This document shows, in pieces, positions 9,773 to 20,420 of a stretch of 64,000 nt of DNA. This DNA comes from Promethearchaeota archaeon (GTDB lineage: Archaea > Asgardarchaeota > Thorarchaeia > Thorarchaeales > Thorarchaeaceae): positions 128,001-192,000 of the forward strand of contig WJMJ01000046.1 of the NCBI GenBank assembly GCA_014728035.1, written 5' to 3'. The position numbers and the translations under genes are program-made. Below the pieces are notes generated by a model. The model was not told the origin of the DNA and searched no databases. It saw nothing but the letters and a program-made list of their open reading frames with translations. Every line of letters starts with the position of its first letter. The stretch's first letter is position 1.

Positions 9773-9913
9773 TCAAGTTTTTTTGGTCCAAGTATGACTA
9801 CATCGTGGACATCTGAAATGTCGGTTTACGCCACCCCCACTAATCATTTCCTTCTTTACTAGTGCAATATCATCGTATCCACATCTTGGACAGACTATTT
9901 TAGAACCAGACAT
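9773..9913 (-). CDS. Small Zn-ribbon protein (about 46 aa)
   Basis: CPRCG...CPRCSHTW; ATG at 9913 preferred to the ORF-track start. Confidence 0.65.
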   Translation of the reverse strand: MSGSKIVCPRCGYDDIALVKKEMISGGGVNRHFRCPRCSHTWTKKT

Positions 9914-10097
9914 TATTTGTAACTCCATTTCATCAAAATACAAGATACTAATATCTAGTTTATTGGTGGGGGCTAACAAGAATATAACCATGTCACAATC
10001 TTTTTATTTGACTCAAGGGATGTCGGCCAGAATCGTATCCAAGTACGAGTCAAACCCGTCTCCAGAAGCAACCCGCATCGTGAGAGTGTGATTAAAA

Positions 10098-10742
10098 ATG
10101 TCCTCGAAAGGTCGTCAAGCAGCAAGAACCCGTGATAAATGGAGAGAAAAAGCCTGGTATAATATCATAGCACCAGATTACTTTGAAAATAAACCAATTG
10201 GAGAAACTCCAGCAGGAGACCCCGCTCAAGTTGTAGGAAGAACTGTGCAACCAACACTATATGATATCACTGGAGATTTCGATAAGATTCATGTGAAATT
10301 GACATTCAAAATATTGGAAGTTTCTGGACAGGATGCAAAAACGGTCTTTCATGGTCATGAGTGGAGCTCTGATTATCTTCGAGGACTTGTCAGAAGAGGT
10401 ACAACTCGTATTGATTGGATTGGCCCCATCCTTACAAAAGACGACTTCATGATGAGAATATCAGTGATTGTATTCACCAACTCTCGAGCAAAGAGTAGCC
10501 AAAAACATTCTATAAGAAAAGGCATTGAGAAAGTCATTAAAACCCATGCAAAGAAACATTCCTTTGATGAGCTTGTTCAGAAAGTTGTTCTGGGAGATTT
10601 AGCCAGCGAAGTTTATGAAGAGGTTAAAACAATCATTCCAATCAGACAATGTGAAATAAGAAAGAGTAAAGTTCTGAAAGCACCTGAAGAAGTTAAAGCA
10701 AGAAGAGCAAGACTCAGAAGAGGCTCTGGAAAGAAAGACTAA
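10098..10742 (+). CDS. rps3ae: 30S ribosomal protein eS1 (S3Ae)
   Basis: RDKWREKAWYNIIAP, TLYDITGD, DYLRGLVRR, IIPIRQCEIRKSKVL. Confidence 0.96.
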   Translation: MSSKGRQAARTRDKWREKAWYNIIAPDYFENKPIGETPAGDPAQVVGRTVQPTLYDITGDFDKIHVKLTFKILEVSGQDAKTVFHGHEWSSDYLRGLVRRGTTRIDWIGPILTKDDFMMRISVIVFTNSRAKSSQKHSIRKGIEKVIKTHAKKHSFDELVQKVVLGDLASEVYEEVKTIIPIRQCEIRKSKVLKAPEEVKARRARLRRGSGKKD

Positions 10743-10747
10743 TTGAG

Positions 10748-10768
10748 AAGAAACCATGTTGGTTTCTT
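10748..10768. terminator. Hairpin between convergent genes, possible bidirectional terminator
   Basis: AAGAAACC-ATGTT-GGTTTCTT. Confidence 0.4.
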
Positions 10769-10769
10769 T

Positions 10770-11132
10770 TCAATCTTCATGAATAGTCCCAAGTTTATGA
10801 AGAGCTTGGAGTAAAAGAACCATAAGATTTGCAAGTTTAGTTAATTTGTCAGTATCTGTTTCCGATTCAATAATTTCGTTTAAAGACTGTAACTTCCTCA
10901 TCAATGTTTCACGTAATTTGGGAAGCATAGTTTTAACGGCGGTAGACTCTGCTTCTTCATCAGATCGTACTACAACAATACGTCGATCACAAGACGCACA
11001 ATACAAATCATCCTGAATTTTTAGAATCGGCGATCCACATTGTGGACATGACTGTGCAAGCATTGTAGCACCACGCCGAAGTAGCTCAGCCATTTTCTTA
11101 ATTGAATCGTCATTGTCAGTCATCAAGAACAC
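10770..11132 (-). CDS. UPF0148 / autoantigen p27 (SSSCA1-like) Zn-ribbon protein
   Basis: KKMAELLRRGATMLAQSCPQCGSP...YCASC. Confidence 0.88.
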   Translation of the reverse strand: MFLMTDNDDSIKKMAELLRRGATMLAQSCPQCGSPILKIQDDLYCASCDRRIVVVRSDEEAESTAVKTMLPKLRETLMRKLQSLNEIIESETDTDKLTKLANLMVLLLQALHKLGTIHED

Positions 11133-11290
11133 AGGAAAGATAGGGATAAAGTCGAATATAAGACTAGTTTGATTATCGCATGTTCAAAATGAACATGTGT
11201 ATTTTCGTTATGCCAAAACGTCTATATGGAAATTGCCATTTTGAGTCGATGTAGTTCGCACACCTTTCGTGCGTCGAGACAAATCATGAG

Positions 11291-11563
11291 GTGAGTCCAT
11301 TGGACCCCGAAACGCAGAGAAGCATCGACCAGTCCAAGTATCTGTTAAAGCAGGTATCGGAAGATTCCAATGTGCCTCGAAATATAAGACGTGCAGCAGT
11401 CGAGGCCATCGCAATCTTAGAAAAAGAAGAAGACTCTCCGGCTATACGGGCACAGAATGTCATATCCATTCTTGAAGAACCAAGTCTGGACCCGAATTGC
11501 CCAAGACAGGCAAGGACCAAGATTTGGCAGGTGTCCAGTCTGCTTGAGCCAATACGTGACTAG
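11291..11563 (+). CDS. UPF0147 family protein
   Basis: DSNVPRNIRRAA, DPNCP..ARTKIW...S.LE. Confidence 0.9.
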   Translation: MSPLDPETQRSIDQSKYLLKQVSEDSNVPRNIRRAAVEAIAILEKEEDSPAIRAQNVISILEEPSLDPNCPRQARTKIWQVSSLLEPIRD

Positions 11564-11648
11564 TACAATCTGCTCGATTTGGAGTAAATGTCACCTTCCT
11601 TGTGAAATAGTCCAAGGTAGGTGTTTGAAGTATGGCCAGTGTTGAAAT

Positions 11649-13094
11649 ATGATCAAGGCGAGAGTAAGAGGAATTTATTCACAATCGTTAACGCAAATAA
11701 TGCTGCAAAATCACTTTGACATAGTTCAACCCACAGTAGATGTTGCAAGACATTTTGGTTTGCCTGTTAAGAAAAGTATCCCGGATATTGATATCTGGGA
11801 CAGAAGTGATTTACAGGGAATAGTAGCTATTGCATACGAATCGCTATTGGACCGTCTAATAGATGTATTAAGGAGAAGACTTGGTGACGTGATTACCAGA
11901 ACTCCAAAAGTAGCAAAAAGCTCCATATACCGAGGGATTGCAGTAGGAAGAGATGAGAAAACAGGCCATACGCGAATCAATTTAGGAAAAGCATCAGGAC
12001 TACTTCCCGAAAAAAAAATGAAGCGGGGAACTCCTATAATGGTTCAAGTGAGAGCTCATGATTATGGGAGAAAAGCCCCGGTACTTTCAACTAATATCAC
12101 AGTTCCAGGACGAGCAGTAGTTTTACTTCCAGAACCAGTAGTAAGAATCAGTACAAAGATTAAGGATCCAGAAAAGAGAAAATGGCTTATTCGACTAGGC
12201 AAAAATTTACAAGAGCATACCGATAATTGGGGGATTCTTTGGAGAACTGCAGCGGAAAAACTTACTGAAAAGGAACTTCGCGAAGAAACAGACGATCTAT
12301 TGGACGCAGCTCAACAAATGCATACTCGATATTCAGAACTCGAAGAAACTGGCATATTATTTGAAGGAACAAGTAATGCGGATATCGAGTTCTCATCAGA
12401 AGTGAAAACCGCACTGGATAGAACAAGGTCCAAAATAAAACCAACTGTTTCTCAACACCATTTCTACAAAAGCGCAGGATATGCACCCTTAGTTGATCTA
12501 TCCGAATTGATAATTGAAGAGAGACCAGATGAAAGAAAGTATATCACTGCAAAATTAGAACAAATTATATCCAAAGATGCACCAAAAGTGAATGACCCTA
12601 TAAATATTGAACATGTCAAACTAGATGGCAGAAATATCATTCTATCACGAGGGCGAGTAGTCGAAGTTAATCCGAAAGGTTTAGTCTTAAGACGACAATT
12701 CCGGCATACAACAAGAAAATTGAAGATGAGTAGAGACCATCCAGATGGGACAAAAGTAGCAAGAGACGAGGGAGACTACGCAGTAACATATGTTGTAATT
12801 GGATCTCGACTATTGGTCACAAAATACTATTCAAAGAAAGGTGACTTAAAGGGCACATACGTAAACATCAATACGGGCGTCGAATTATATCCAGCTAATA
12901 ATGGACCAAGTAGAGTCCGATATATAGACCTTGAAATTGATGTGATTCAACAGACAAATGGAGATGTCAGAATAGTAGACCAACATATGCTAAAACGTGC
13001 GATTCAAAGAGGTTTTCTAACTGAAGATGTTGCAACACGAGCTTTGAAAAAAGCACAAAATGTTTACAATGATTTAATTGAGGGGAGATTGTAA
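11649..13094 (+). CDS. FAU-1 (AU-binding ribonuclease; RNase E/G-like plus DUF402)
   Basis: ARVRGIYS, WGILWRTAA, KGTYVNINT, YIDLEIDV. Confidence 0.9.
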   Translation: MIKARVRGIYSQSLTQIMLQNHFDIVQPTVDVARHFGLPVKKSIPDIDIWDRSDLQGIVAIAYESLLDRLIDVLRRRLGDVITRTPKVAKSSIYRGIAVGRDEKTGHTRINLGKASGLLPEKKMKRGTPIMVQVRAHDYGRKAPVLSTNITVPGRAVVLLPEPVVRISTKIKDPEKRKWLIRLGKNLQEHTDNWGILWRTAAEKLTEKELREETDDLLDAAQQMHTRYSELEETGILFEGTSNADIEFSSEVKTALDRTRSKIKPTVSQHHFYKSAGYAPLVDLSELIIEERPDERKYITAKLEQIISKDAPKVNDPINIEHVKLDGRNIILSRGRVVEVNPKGLVLRRQFRHTTRKLKMSRDHPDGTKVARDEGDYAVTYVVIGSRLLVTKYYSKKGDLKGTYVNINTGVELYPANNGPSRVRYIDLEIDVIQQTNGDVRIVDQHMLKRAIQRGFLTEDVATRALKKAQNVYNDLIEGRL

Positions 13095-13337
13095 ACCTTT
13101 ATCGAAGTCTTCAGATACACGAATAATCAAGTCAACAGAAGACAGAAAGTCTTCAGCTGTTGCACTTAAACTGTTAATTCCTTTATTCGATTGAATTTCA
13201 ATTACAAGTTCATTTTCTTCTACCCAAGATTGAAAATCAAGCCCTTCTGGAATAGGGTTGTTATCAGGGTCTGTGGATTGGCGTACAATCTCTGCATCGT
13301 TAGTCCGTCTGAATATAATTGTAATGCGAGCTCTCAA
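13074..13337 (-). CDS. pcc1: KEOPS subunit Pcc1
   Basis: PDN motif, size, rps15-recJ-pcc1 synteny. Confidence 0.8.
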   Translation of the reverse strand: MRARITIIFRRTNDAEIVRQSTDPDNNPIPEGLDFQSWVEENELVIEIQSNKGINSLSATAEDFLSSVDLIIRVSEDFDKGLQSPLN

Positions 13338-13343
13338 ATGAAT

Positions 13344-14675
13344 TCACTCAGATAATTCTGTAAGAATAGATAGTACTTGTGTTTTAGATTCAGGTGTTTT
13401 TTTGGATATTGCAATCGATCTATAAGATAGTGTTTTGTATTCCAGTCCTGCCTTTGCAACTTCAGAAACGATATGGCGAAATTCGAGTAGTGAGGGAGGC
13501 CATATAACTACAAGTTCAATACTAGAATCGAAAACTAAAATCCGATCGGAGTCTATGAAACTATTTTGTAGTGCGATAGTTCCAACCAGAGATAGAACAC
13601 TCGAAGTTTCATTCAGTTCTATTATAGAAATACTTCCTATTTCATTTGCATCAAAATCTTTGGACTTTAAGGCCAAATCACGAACGGTATCAATTACTTT
13701 TATTGCTTGGTCGCTATATAGGTCTAATAGTTCCCGTAGGAGTCTCGCACGATCTCCAATCCACACCCCAGTCAATAAACCAGGATGTGAATTTGCCCAA
13801 GATATTATCGAGAGTGCCTGAATTGCCGATAGACGGTACATTGGTGACTCCTCTTTTTCACTAAGAATCTTATAATCAGTTCCTGAAACCAGAGGGATAA
13901 TGTCAAGATTTACATGAGGAAGTAATTCGCTAGATAGGTTTCTAATTTGGTCGTTGTTCAACCTCATTAGAGGTTCTGTTCTATGAGAGAAGGAGATGTC
14001 TGCACCATCAAATAGTTTCTCCACAGCAATCTGATTCCCACTTATCCCCTGAATATAAGGATGAATACTTTTCAAGAATATCTCTTTCAGTGGGAGGAAA
14101 TTAACACCATAAACACGAAGTTCTTTATTTTTAGAAACAAGCCCTAATTCCAATGCGATATCTACAGCTTCACCAGCACAAATAGAAGATTCGGAGGGGT
14201 TGCCAGTTCTCAAAAGTGAGCTAATAGCAGCTAATGCAAGATCTTCTTCTTTAGCAATGAAGTGATTTCGAATTATCATGTATGATGCGCAACCCAAATC
14301 AGAGTCAGCAAGATTGATGCAGTTTATCAAGTCAGAAGAGTTATTGGGTGTTCCACCGACTGATATCAGGCTTCTATCACTTAACGCTAAAGGAGTATCA
14401 TCCACGGTTGAAACACCAATTACTATTGGATACAGATGGGGATATGAAAGAATTAGTTTTGATAAGGTGTTTGAAGAAACAATAGGTTCAACAAAGGTAA
14501 GGTGAAATCTACAGTTGGACCTAATTAGCCCCTTACATAAGATTCCGCTGGCAAGGCAAGATTCAGAGGAAGAAGAACTAACTATCAGAAAGGACGAATC
14601 CTCTTTGATATCGATACCATCTAGGGTTTCATCTATTGAAACAATAATTGGAGGCTTGTCAGGGCGCTCACTCAT
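13344..14675 (-). CDS. Degenerate RecJ/DHH-family protein
   Basis: Syntenic slot between rps15 and pcc1; conserved SIHPYIQGISGN-type segment, but DHH catalytic motifs absent. Confidence 0.6.
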   Translation of the reverse strand: MSERPDKPPIIVSIDETLDGIDIKEDSSFLIVSSSSSESCLASGILCKGLIRSNCRFHLTFVEPIVSSNTLSKLILSYPHLYPIVIGVSTVDDTPLALSDRSLISVGGTPNNSSDLINCINLADSDLGCASYMIIRNHFIAKEEDLALAAISSLLRTGNPSESSICAGEAVDIALELGLVSKNKELRVYGVNFLPLKEIFLKSIHPYIQGISGNQIAVEKLFDGADISFSHRTEPLMRLNNDQIRNLSSELLPHVNLDIIPLVSGTDYKILSEKEESPMYRLSAIQALSIISWANSHPGLLTGVWIGDRARLLRELLDLYSDQAIKVIDTVRDLALKSKDFDANEIGSISIIELNETSSVLSLVGTIALQNSFIDSDRILVFDSSIELVVIWPPSLLEFRHIVSEVAKAGLEYKTLSYRSIAISKKTPESKTQVLSILTELSE

Positions 14676-14710
14676 CGGTATAAGCGATGAGTGAAATCTA
14701 TATGATAAAC

Positions 14711-15166
14711 CTATCTAAGAAGCACAGCTGCTTGTGCTGGGCTGTATTTCCAATCTGCAGGAAGAACCCCTTTCTTTCGATAATATTTTGATAAGCGATG
14801 AATCTTGCTCTCCACAAGTTGAAGACCTCTTTTTGAAACAAAATCTTTCTTGTTTTCTTCGAGATGACGACGAATTCTAAGAGCTTTAGCAATCATATTT
14901 CTGAGGTCTTCAGGAACTCTTCTTTCAAGGTCGTTTTCTCGAATGATATCTAAAATTCGTTTACCAGTTATGACATGGACAAGAGGCACCCCATATTGAT
15001 CACGGAGAATTGTACCTATCATTGAAGGCGTATTCCCAGTTTTGGCAAGTTCAATGACTTTTTCTTCAACCCATTCTGCATCCTTATCAACCCAATCAGG
15101 AACTATCAATGTGGAGGGGCGTTTGCTTCCGGATTGTCCTTTTCTTCTTGTATGCATTCTTGCCAT
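14711..15166 (-). CDS. rps15: 30S ribosomal protein uS15
   Basis: MARMHTRRKGQSGSKRP, GTILRDQYG, LVESKIHRL; start placed at ATG 15166. Confidence 0.97.
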   Translation of the reverse strand: MARMHTRRKGQSGSKRPSTLIVPDWVDKDAEWVEEKVIELAKTGNTPSMIGTILRDQYGVPLVHVITGKRILDIIRENDLERRVPEDLRNMIAKALRIRRHLEENKKDFVSKRGLQLVESKIHRLSKYYRKKGVLPADWKYSPAQAAVLLR

Positions 15167-15259
15167 TTTTATTGCCTCGGAATAAATGTCTAGTACGAGT
15201 CTTTTGGAACGCGTATCAGTAGAGATATAAACATTACTTTGTGGAGTATTGTTCACAGT

Positions 15260-15907
15260 TTAGTGATAGCGTCCTCGCTCTCGAATGGCATTCATTCGTG
15301 CGATAATTAGATTGGAATCGCTGCCATAATTAGAAGAATATCCATCAAGTATAGATTGGTTCATTATTTCTTGATGTTTCCAGTGAGTTGTTTCAATAGC
15401 CCGATTGACTAAATGTAGGTCAGTCCCTTTCATCTCAATAGTGGCATTTCGTTCAGAAAGCCCGAAGTCAATAAGCCACATTTTATCAAATTCATCAAGG
15501 ATAACATTACTTGTTGTGGGATCTCCGTGAATAGTATCGCCCTTATGTAATTCCGCTAATAGATACCCAAAAGTTTTGCATAGTTGTGCAAGTTTTTCGT
15601 TTGTGAGTGACTCGACTAAATTCTTCAAGGATTCGCCTCTAATGAAATCCATCAAAATAGAGCTTGTTTGAACATCAATCCAATATACAGAAGGCGTGGG
15701 AACACCAAGTGTTCGAGCAAAAGTAAGCATTCGTGATTCTCGAACAGTACGGCTAATACGAAGCATTCTATCAATTGGAGTAATTAGATATGATTTACAA
15801 GGACGTACTTTTAGAATAACTTCTTTATTAGACCAGTAGCCATGAAAGATGGTGGATTCTGCCCCTAAAGCAAGAACATCCCAAGGGACCACTAAATATC
15901 CCTCCAA
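15260..15907 (-). CDS. bud32: KEOPS kinase Bud32
   Basis: GAES, IHGDPTTSN, IDFGLS, C-terminal RGRY. Confidence 0.95.
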   Translation of the reverse strand: MEGYLVVPWDVLALGAESTIFHGYWSNKEVILKVRPCKSYLITPIDRMLRISRTVRESRMLTFARTLGVPTPSVYWIDVQTSSILMDFIRGESLKNLVESLTNEKLAQLCKTFGYLLAELHKGDTIHGDPTTSNVILDEFDKMWLIDFGLSERNATIEMKGTDLHLVNRAIETTHWKHQEIMNQSILDGYSSNYGSDSNLIIARMNAIRERGRYH

Positions 15908-16884
15908 ATGATATCTTGTTCATCGGTACGCCATTTGGGCAATACACTAGATTCATTGATTGTAACCGAGTCACCAGCCCTATGTTGTAAGAGACCGGTC
16001 CATGCAATCATCGCACCCTGGTCTCCTGCAAGAGTAGGAGTAACACGATGAAAACTTGCATCGTGTCTTTTCGCCATACCTTCAAGAATAGCAGTTAACC
16101 GATTATTTTTAGCTACTCCTCCAGTAAGAAGTACCTCATTTTTTTTGGTATGTGCTAGTGCACGTTCACTAACTTCAGCTAACATACTAAATGCGGTTTC
16201 TTGGATGCTGTAACAGATGCTAGAGAGAGAAACACCTTCTGAGTGAAGACGGCGCGCTGCAGTAAGCATTCCAGAATAACTTAGGTCCATTCCTTTTACA
16301 GAATAAGGTAATTCATAATAATCAGACACCTCGGATGCAGCTTCTTCAATTTTTGGGCCTGCGGGAAAACGCATACCAATACTACGACCAAAAGTATCAA
16401 GCATATTTCCCAATGCAATATCAAGTGTTTCTCCAAAAGTTCGAAAACGACCACCTGAAAATGCAATAGTTTGGGTATTGCCACCAGACACATAGACTGT
16501 AACAGGGTCTCGAAAACCAGAATCCAAGCATCCAATTTCAATATGAGCTACACAATGATTCACACCAACCAATGGTACATTCAATTTTATGGCAATGGTA
16601 CGAGCTATCGTCGCAGTTGTTCTTAGACAAGGACCAAGACCAGGGCCCCTTGAGAACGAAACAATATCAATTTCATTCGGAGAAACACCTGATGTCTTAA
16701 TAGCCTCGCGAATTATTTGTGGGCCCAGCTCAGAGTGATGACGACTTGCCTCTCGTGGATGAATCCCACCTTCTGAAGGAGTCAACATATCCCAGACATT
16801 AGACAGGATCACCCCATCTTCAGACACGATTCCTGCACCAAATGAGTGTGCAGTGCCTTCTATACCTAGCGAGATAAGAGTCAT
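15892..16884 (-). CDS. kae1: KEOPS t6A synthase Kae1
   Basis: GIEGTAH, GGIHPREA, VNHCVAHIE, VSGGNT, DQGAMIA. Confidence 0.97.
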   Translation of the reverse strand: MTLISLGIEGTAHSFGAGIVSEDGVILSNVWDMLTPSEGGIHPREASRHHSELGPQIIREAIKTSGVSPNEIDIVSFSRGPGLGPCLRTTATIARTIAIKLNVPLVGVNHCVAHIEIGCLDSGFRDPVTVYVSGGNTQTIAFSGGRFRTFGETLDIALGNMLDTFGRSIGMRFPAGPKIEEAASEVSDYYELPYSVKGMDLSYSGMLTAARRLHSEGVSLSSICYSIQETAFSMLAEVSERALAHTKKNEVLLTGGVAKNNRLTAILEGMAKRHDASFHRVTPTLAGDQGAMIAWTGLLQHRAGDSVTINESSVLPKWRTDEQDIIWRDI

Positions 16885-16992
16885 TATCTTTCACCAAAGA
16901 CCTATGATGCATGTTACTTAATATTGCTGGAAAATATGCCCTCTGCAAAGGTTTAAATTCCATCCAATGAGGCACAGAGATGAGGCGATTCA

Positions 16993-17220
16993 TTGTCCGA
17001 AAAGATGCCGATAAAAGCTCTTGAAGCAGCACTAAATGATGTAATTTCGATTAAGTTGAAAGACCAGAGGATATTCAGAGGACGCCTCACAAGATGTGAC
17101 GTTTACATGAACCTTACTCTTGCAGATGCAGAAGAGATTGAAGAAGATCAAGTCAGAGCCAAATATGGGCAGCTTTTACTTCGAGGAAACAATATATTGT
17201 GGATTCAAATTCCAGAGTGA
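16993..17220 (+). CDS. Sm-like protein (SmAP/LSm)
   Basis: Sm1 GRL..CDVYMNLTL and Sm2 LRGNNI. Confidence 0.93.
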   Translation: MSEKMPIKALEAALNDVISIKLKDQRIFRGRLTRCDVYMNLTLADAEEIEEDQVRAKYGQLLLRGNNILWIQIPE

Positions 17221-17224
17221 AAGA

Positions 17225-19273
17225 TTACCTACTATCAATTCCATCTCTACGATAACGTTCTACTAACTCAATAAGAGCTTCCTCGCCTTTTTGGCGGGCT
17301 CGTTCCTTGGTTTCATCAACAAAATCTTTCATTTGTTGTTCGAATTTTGAACGGTTAATAAATGCGAATTCATCTATTCGACGCAACTCAACACAATCTG
17401 CATCAATGACAGGAATAATAGCACGAATAAGTTCTTCACGTGAGAGATGAGAGATGGGTGTATCAACAATAACAGCACGAATTTCGTTCTCTATCAGAAT
17501 ACGTGCTGTTTGAGGGCCCCCGCCAGATGCATCCTCAAATAGAATAATATCACCGGATTTCAATGGAGAAACTTTTCTTGTAAACTCTTCAATACTTTCT
17601 CTAGTGAAATGAGGAATTGATTTCACAGCAATCATATCTCCACGCATTTCTAGGCGTCTAACACCTCTTAGTTGAGATAGTCGTTTCTTCAGTTTTCCAA
17701 GACGTTTTCGTAGTCTTTTGTTTTCTTTCTTAGATTTTCTTAGTTGGTCTTTTTGCTTAACCAGTTCGCGATCAAGTTTTATTTTCCAATAATTCTCTTT
17801 CTGAACAATCTCAAGACTACGGGATAGCTCACTCTCTCGGAACCGGAGAAATTCGACAAGTCTTTTCGAGTCCTCTAATTTCTCTTTAAGAGTTTCATTC
17901 TCAGACTTCAGCAAACTATATTGCTCTTTTAAAGAATCGAATCTTTCAGGAGTTAACGCAACTGGTTCTTCTTCAACAATAGTTTCTGACGATTCTTCAA
18001 CAGGTTCGGCTGCTTGTTCAATAAGTTGAGAAATAGCATCGTCTATTGATGTTCCCTTTACAACAAGCGCCTTCAGATGAGTTCTATCGACTGCAATTTG
18101 TTCCTCACGTACTTTTCTATCAATCTGATTTAGCTTTGAAAGTATGCTGCGATATGCATAGACCGCGGCGGTAAGGGCATCTCTTTCATGTGCATTCCGA
18201 ACCCGAGTTTCTTCAGCGTATTCTCTTGCAATTTGTTGCTTTTCAGAAACAGGTATATCACGGTGAGGGGTATAGATATCAGTATTGATAGTACTAGCTA
18301 TTTTTTTCAATAGACTTGGTGCTTTTTGAACATCAGACGCGACTAAAATTGGAATTCCCTCTTGGTAAACCATACGAATGATGTCAGCACGTGTTAGGTG
18401 TTTCTTACTTGTGATTTTGTGAATTTTTCCATAGAGAGTTAAAAGACAAATCGCGGCAGTAGTACCTGGATCAATACCCAGTATGAAATATTTTGCACGA
18501 GAATGAATTGGAGATGGTTTGGGTTCAAGAGGCAAAAATTCTGTACGTTTTCGAACTGGAGATACAATTACTCGAAAATCACGTCCACGTGATGGTTCAA
18601 CAAGACCCCTAATAGCTGGAAGAGGAGCATACGCTACTATTCTGGATCGTGAATAACCAAAATCAGCTTCTCTTACAGCAACATCATATTCTATCTCTGC
18701 ACCTTTTAAGGTTGATTCGATATGACGAGTCATTTGTTGAATACGCGAGTGCATTTTTCGCCTATAACGATTAACACTTTGCCCACCACGCCCTAACTTT
18801 CTACCTCGAACTACCTTAATTTCAGTTTGCCCACTAAAACATTCAATGGTATACCCAACACCTAAAGCTGCCAATTCTGCAGCAAGTCTGGCGGATTCAA
18901 GGGGTGTAGGTTTGCCTTGGACTTTTAATTTATACTTGCGAGCAAGACGCTTCAGGGGAACCTGTTTGGGAGGCACTCCAGTTACTTGAACAATTCGTGT
19001 TTCATGTGGCAATCTATCCACAAAAGAAAACAATGATTTACTATCTGGAACTATTTCAAAGATATTGTCTGTACAAAGCCATTTGGGTTCAAACTCATTT
19101 ACACGGCGTATCAATGCATTACGAGAGATATTGGAATACTCATTTAGCACAACACCATCAAGCATAACCACACACGCATATTTTGCAGGTTTTTGAGACC
19201 GTATACTATGTGATGGGAGAATATCAAACCCCATAATGAATTCGCGATCATCGCCCATAGGCTCTGCACTCAA
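17225..19273 (-). CDS. DUF460-domain coiled-coil protein
   Basis: GGQSVNRYRR, ILGIDPGTT, NAHERDAL, long coiled coil. Confidence 0.88.
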   Translation of the reverse strand: MSAEPMGDDREFIMGFDILPSHSIRSQKPAKYACVVMLDGVVLNEYSNISRNALIRRVNEFEPKWLCTDNIFEIVPDSKSLFSFVDRLPHETRIVQVTGVPPKQVPLKRLARKYKLKVQGKPTPLESARLAAELAALGVGYTIECFSGQTEIKVVRGRKLGRGGQSVNRYRRKMHSRIQQMTRHIESTLKGAEIEYDVAVREADFGYSRSRIVAYAPLPAIRGLVEPSRGRDFRVIVSPVRKRTEFLPLEPKPSPIHSRAKYFILGIDPGTTAAICLLTLYGKIHKITSKKHLTRADIIRMVYQEGIPILVASDVQKAPSLLKKIASTINTDIYTPHRDIPVSEKQQIAREYAEETRVRNAHERDALTAAVYAYRSILSKLNQIDRKVREEQIAVDRTHLKALVVKGTSIDDAISQLIEQAAEPVEESSETIVEEEPVALTPERFDSLKEQYSLLKSENETLKEKLEDSKRLVEFLRFRESELSRSLEIVQKENYWKIKLDRELVKQKDQLRKSKKENKRLRKRLGKLKKRLSQLRGVRRLEMRGDMIAVKSIPHFTRESIEEFTRKVSPLKSGDIILFEDASGGGPQTARILIENEIRAVIVDTPISHLSREELIRAIIPVIDADCVELRRIDEFAFINRSKFEQQMKDFVDETKERARQKGEEALIELVERYRRDGIDSR

Positions 19274-19362
19274 TACAGAAATGAAAATAATTGCTATAAG
19301 CCTTGAGATTAAGTCAGAAATACTACTAGCATCCTAAAACAACAAGTATAATAAAGAGTCAC

Positions 19363-19680
19363 TTGAACAACTCCCCACACTCTTGCGAGGTGCGATATTT
19401 GTCAGAAACAATTGAAATAAGCAACGACGATGCCATAATACGCCTTGGACGTGCCTTATCATCTAAGACACGCCTAAAGATACTAAGACTGCTGCTTGAG
19501 GAAGAAAAAGATGTGACACGAGTCGCACGACACCTCGGGGGCACTGAAGCAAATGCAAGTGCACAAATCAAGATCTTGCAGGAAACAGACCTACTAGATT
19601 GCAGATATGAGCCGGGTCAACATGGACTCAAGAAAATATCTTCAACAAAAGTCAAAAAGATAATAATTAGTTTTGAATAA
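19363..19680 (+). CDS. ArsR-family HTH regulator
   Basis: RALSSKTRLKILRLL...ANASAQIKILQE...PGQHG. Confidence 0.85.
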   Translation: MNNSPHSCEVRYLSETIEISNDDAIIRLGRALSSKTRLKILRLLLEEEKDVTRVARHLGGTEANASAQIKILQETDLLDCRYEPGQHGLKKISSTKVKKIIISFE

Positions 19681-19693
19681 TCAAAATTATGAT

Positions 19694-19714
19694 GCTGAGC
19701 AATCAATGCTCAGC
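19694..19714. terminator. Hairpin between convergent genes
   Basis: GCTGAGCA-ATCAA-TGCTCAGC. Confidence 0.4.
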
Positions 19715-19725
19715 GATTTTTAATT

Positions 19726-20349
19726 CTATTCAGAAGAAAATCTGCCATCAGCTGAAAGATGTGCTTTCCATCGTTTTATCCTTCGCAATATATTATCTCG
19801 TTCTTCATCACGAATTCCACGCTTTCCTCTAGCTTTTAGGAATTTTAAAACAACATCCATATCACGAGATACTTTTTCATTTGGATGCTCATCCGTGATA
19901 AGGTATTCTTTTGCAGCGAGAAGGTATTCTGCTATTATTTCAGCGGGAGCCTCTCCAGTATTAAGTTCATGAGAGATTGGATCCAATAAACGAGCTACTC
20001 GAGCCGCTGCTACTGTCGCTGTATCAGGTTTGGAGACCTTCTCTACAGGAGCCCTATCCTCTTCATCCAAGGGAGAAACATCTGATGGCTTTTCTGGAGT
20101 GGGGTCTGCAGAGGATTTGGGAATGGAGTCCTCAGTAGGGGTTGCCGCTATTGGTTTTGGAGTGTCTTCAGCAGGAGAGGAACGAATGATTTCAGAAAAA
20201 AGGGCCTCGGGTTTTATAGAAGGAGGCAATTTGATATCAGCTTCATCCAATCTTCTTCGTAATTCTCGTAACTGATCAAATAACTCAACTAGTCCAGACT
20301 GCATTGATTCTATGATTTGTAAAATTTCAGTCAGATTATCTTTTGACAC
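19726..20349 (-). CDS. Hypothetical protein (coiled coil, Pro/acidic linker, helical C-domain)
   Basis: 207-aa ORF co-directional with herA. Confidence 0.7.
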   Translation of the reverse strand: MSKDNLTEILQIIESMQSGLVELFDQLRELRRRLDEADIKLPPSIKPEALFSEIIRSSPAEDTPKPIAATPTEDSIPKSSADPTPEKPSDVSPLDEEDRAPVEKVSKPDTATVAAARVARLLDPISHELNTGEAPAEIIAEYLLAAKEYLITDEHPNEKVSRDMDVVLKFLKARGKRGIRDEERDNILRRIKRWKAHLSADGRFSSE

Positions 20350-20420
20350 TATAACAGAACCCCAGATTCTTTTTCAAGCTCAATTGGAGCGTGTATTCTT
20401 ATCAGCATTTTGGACATTGT

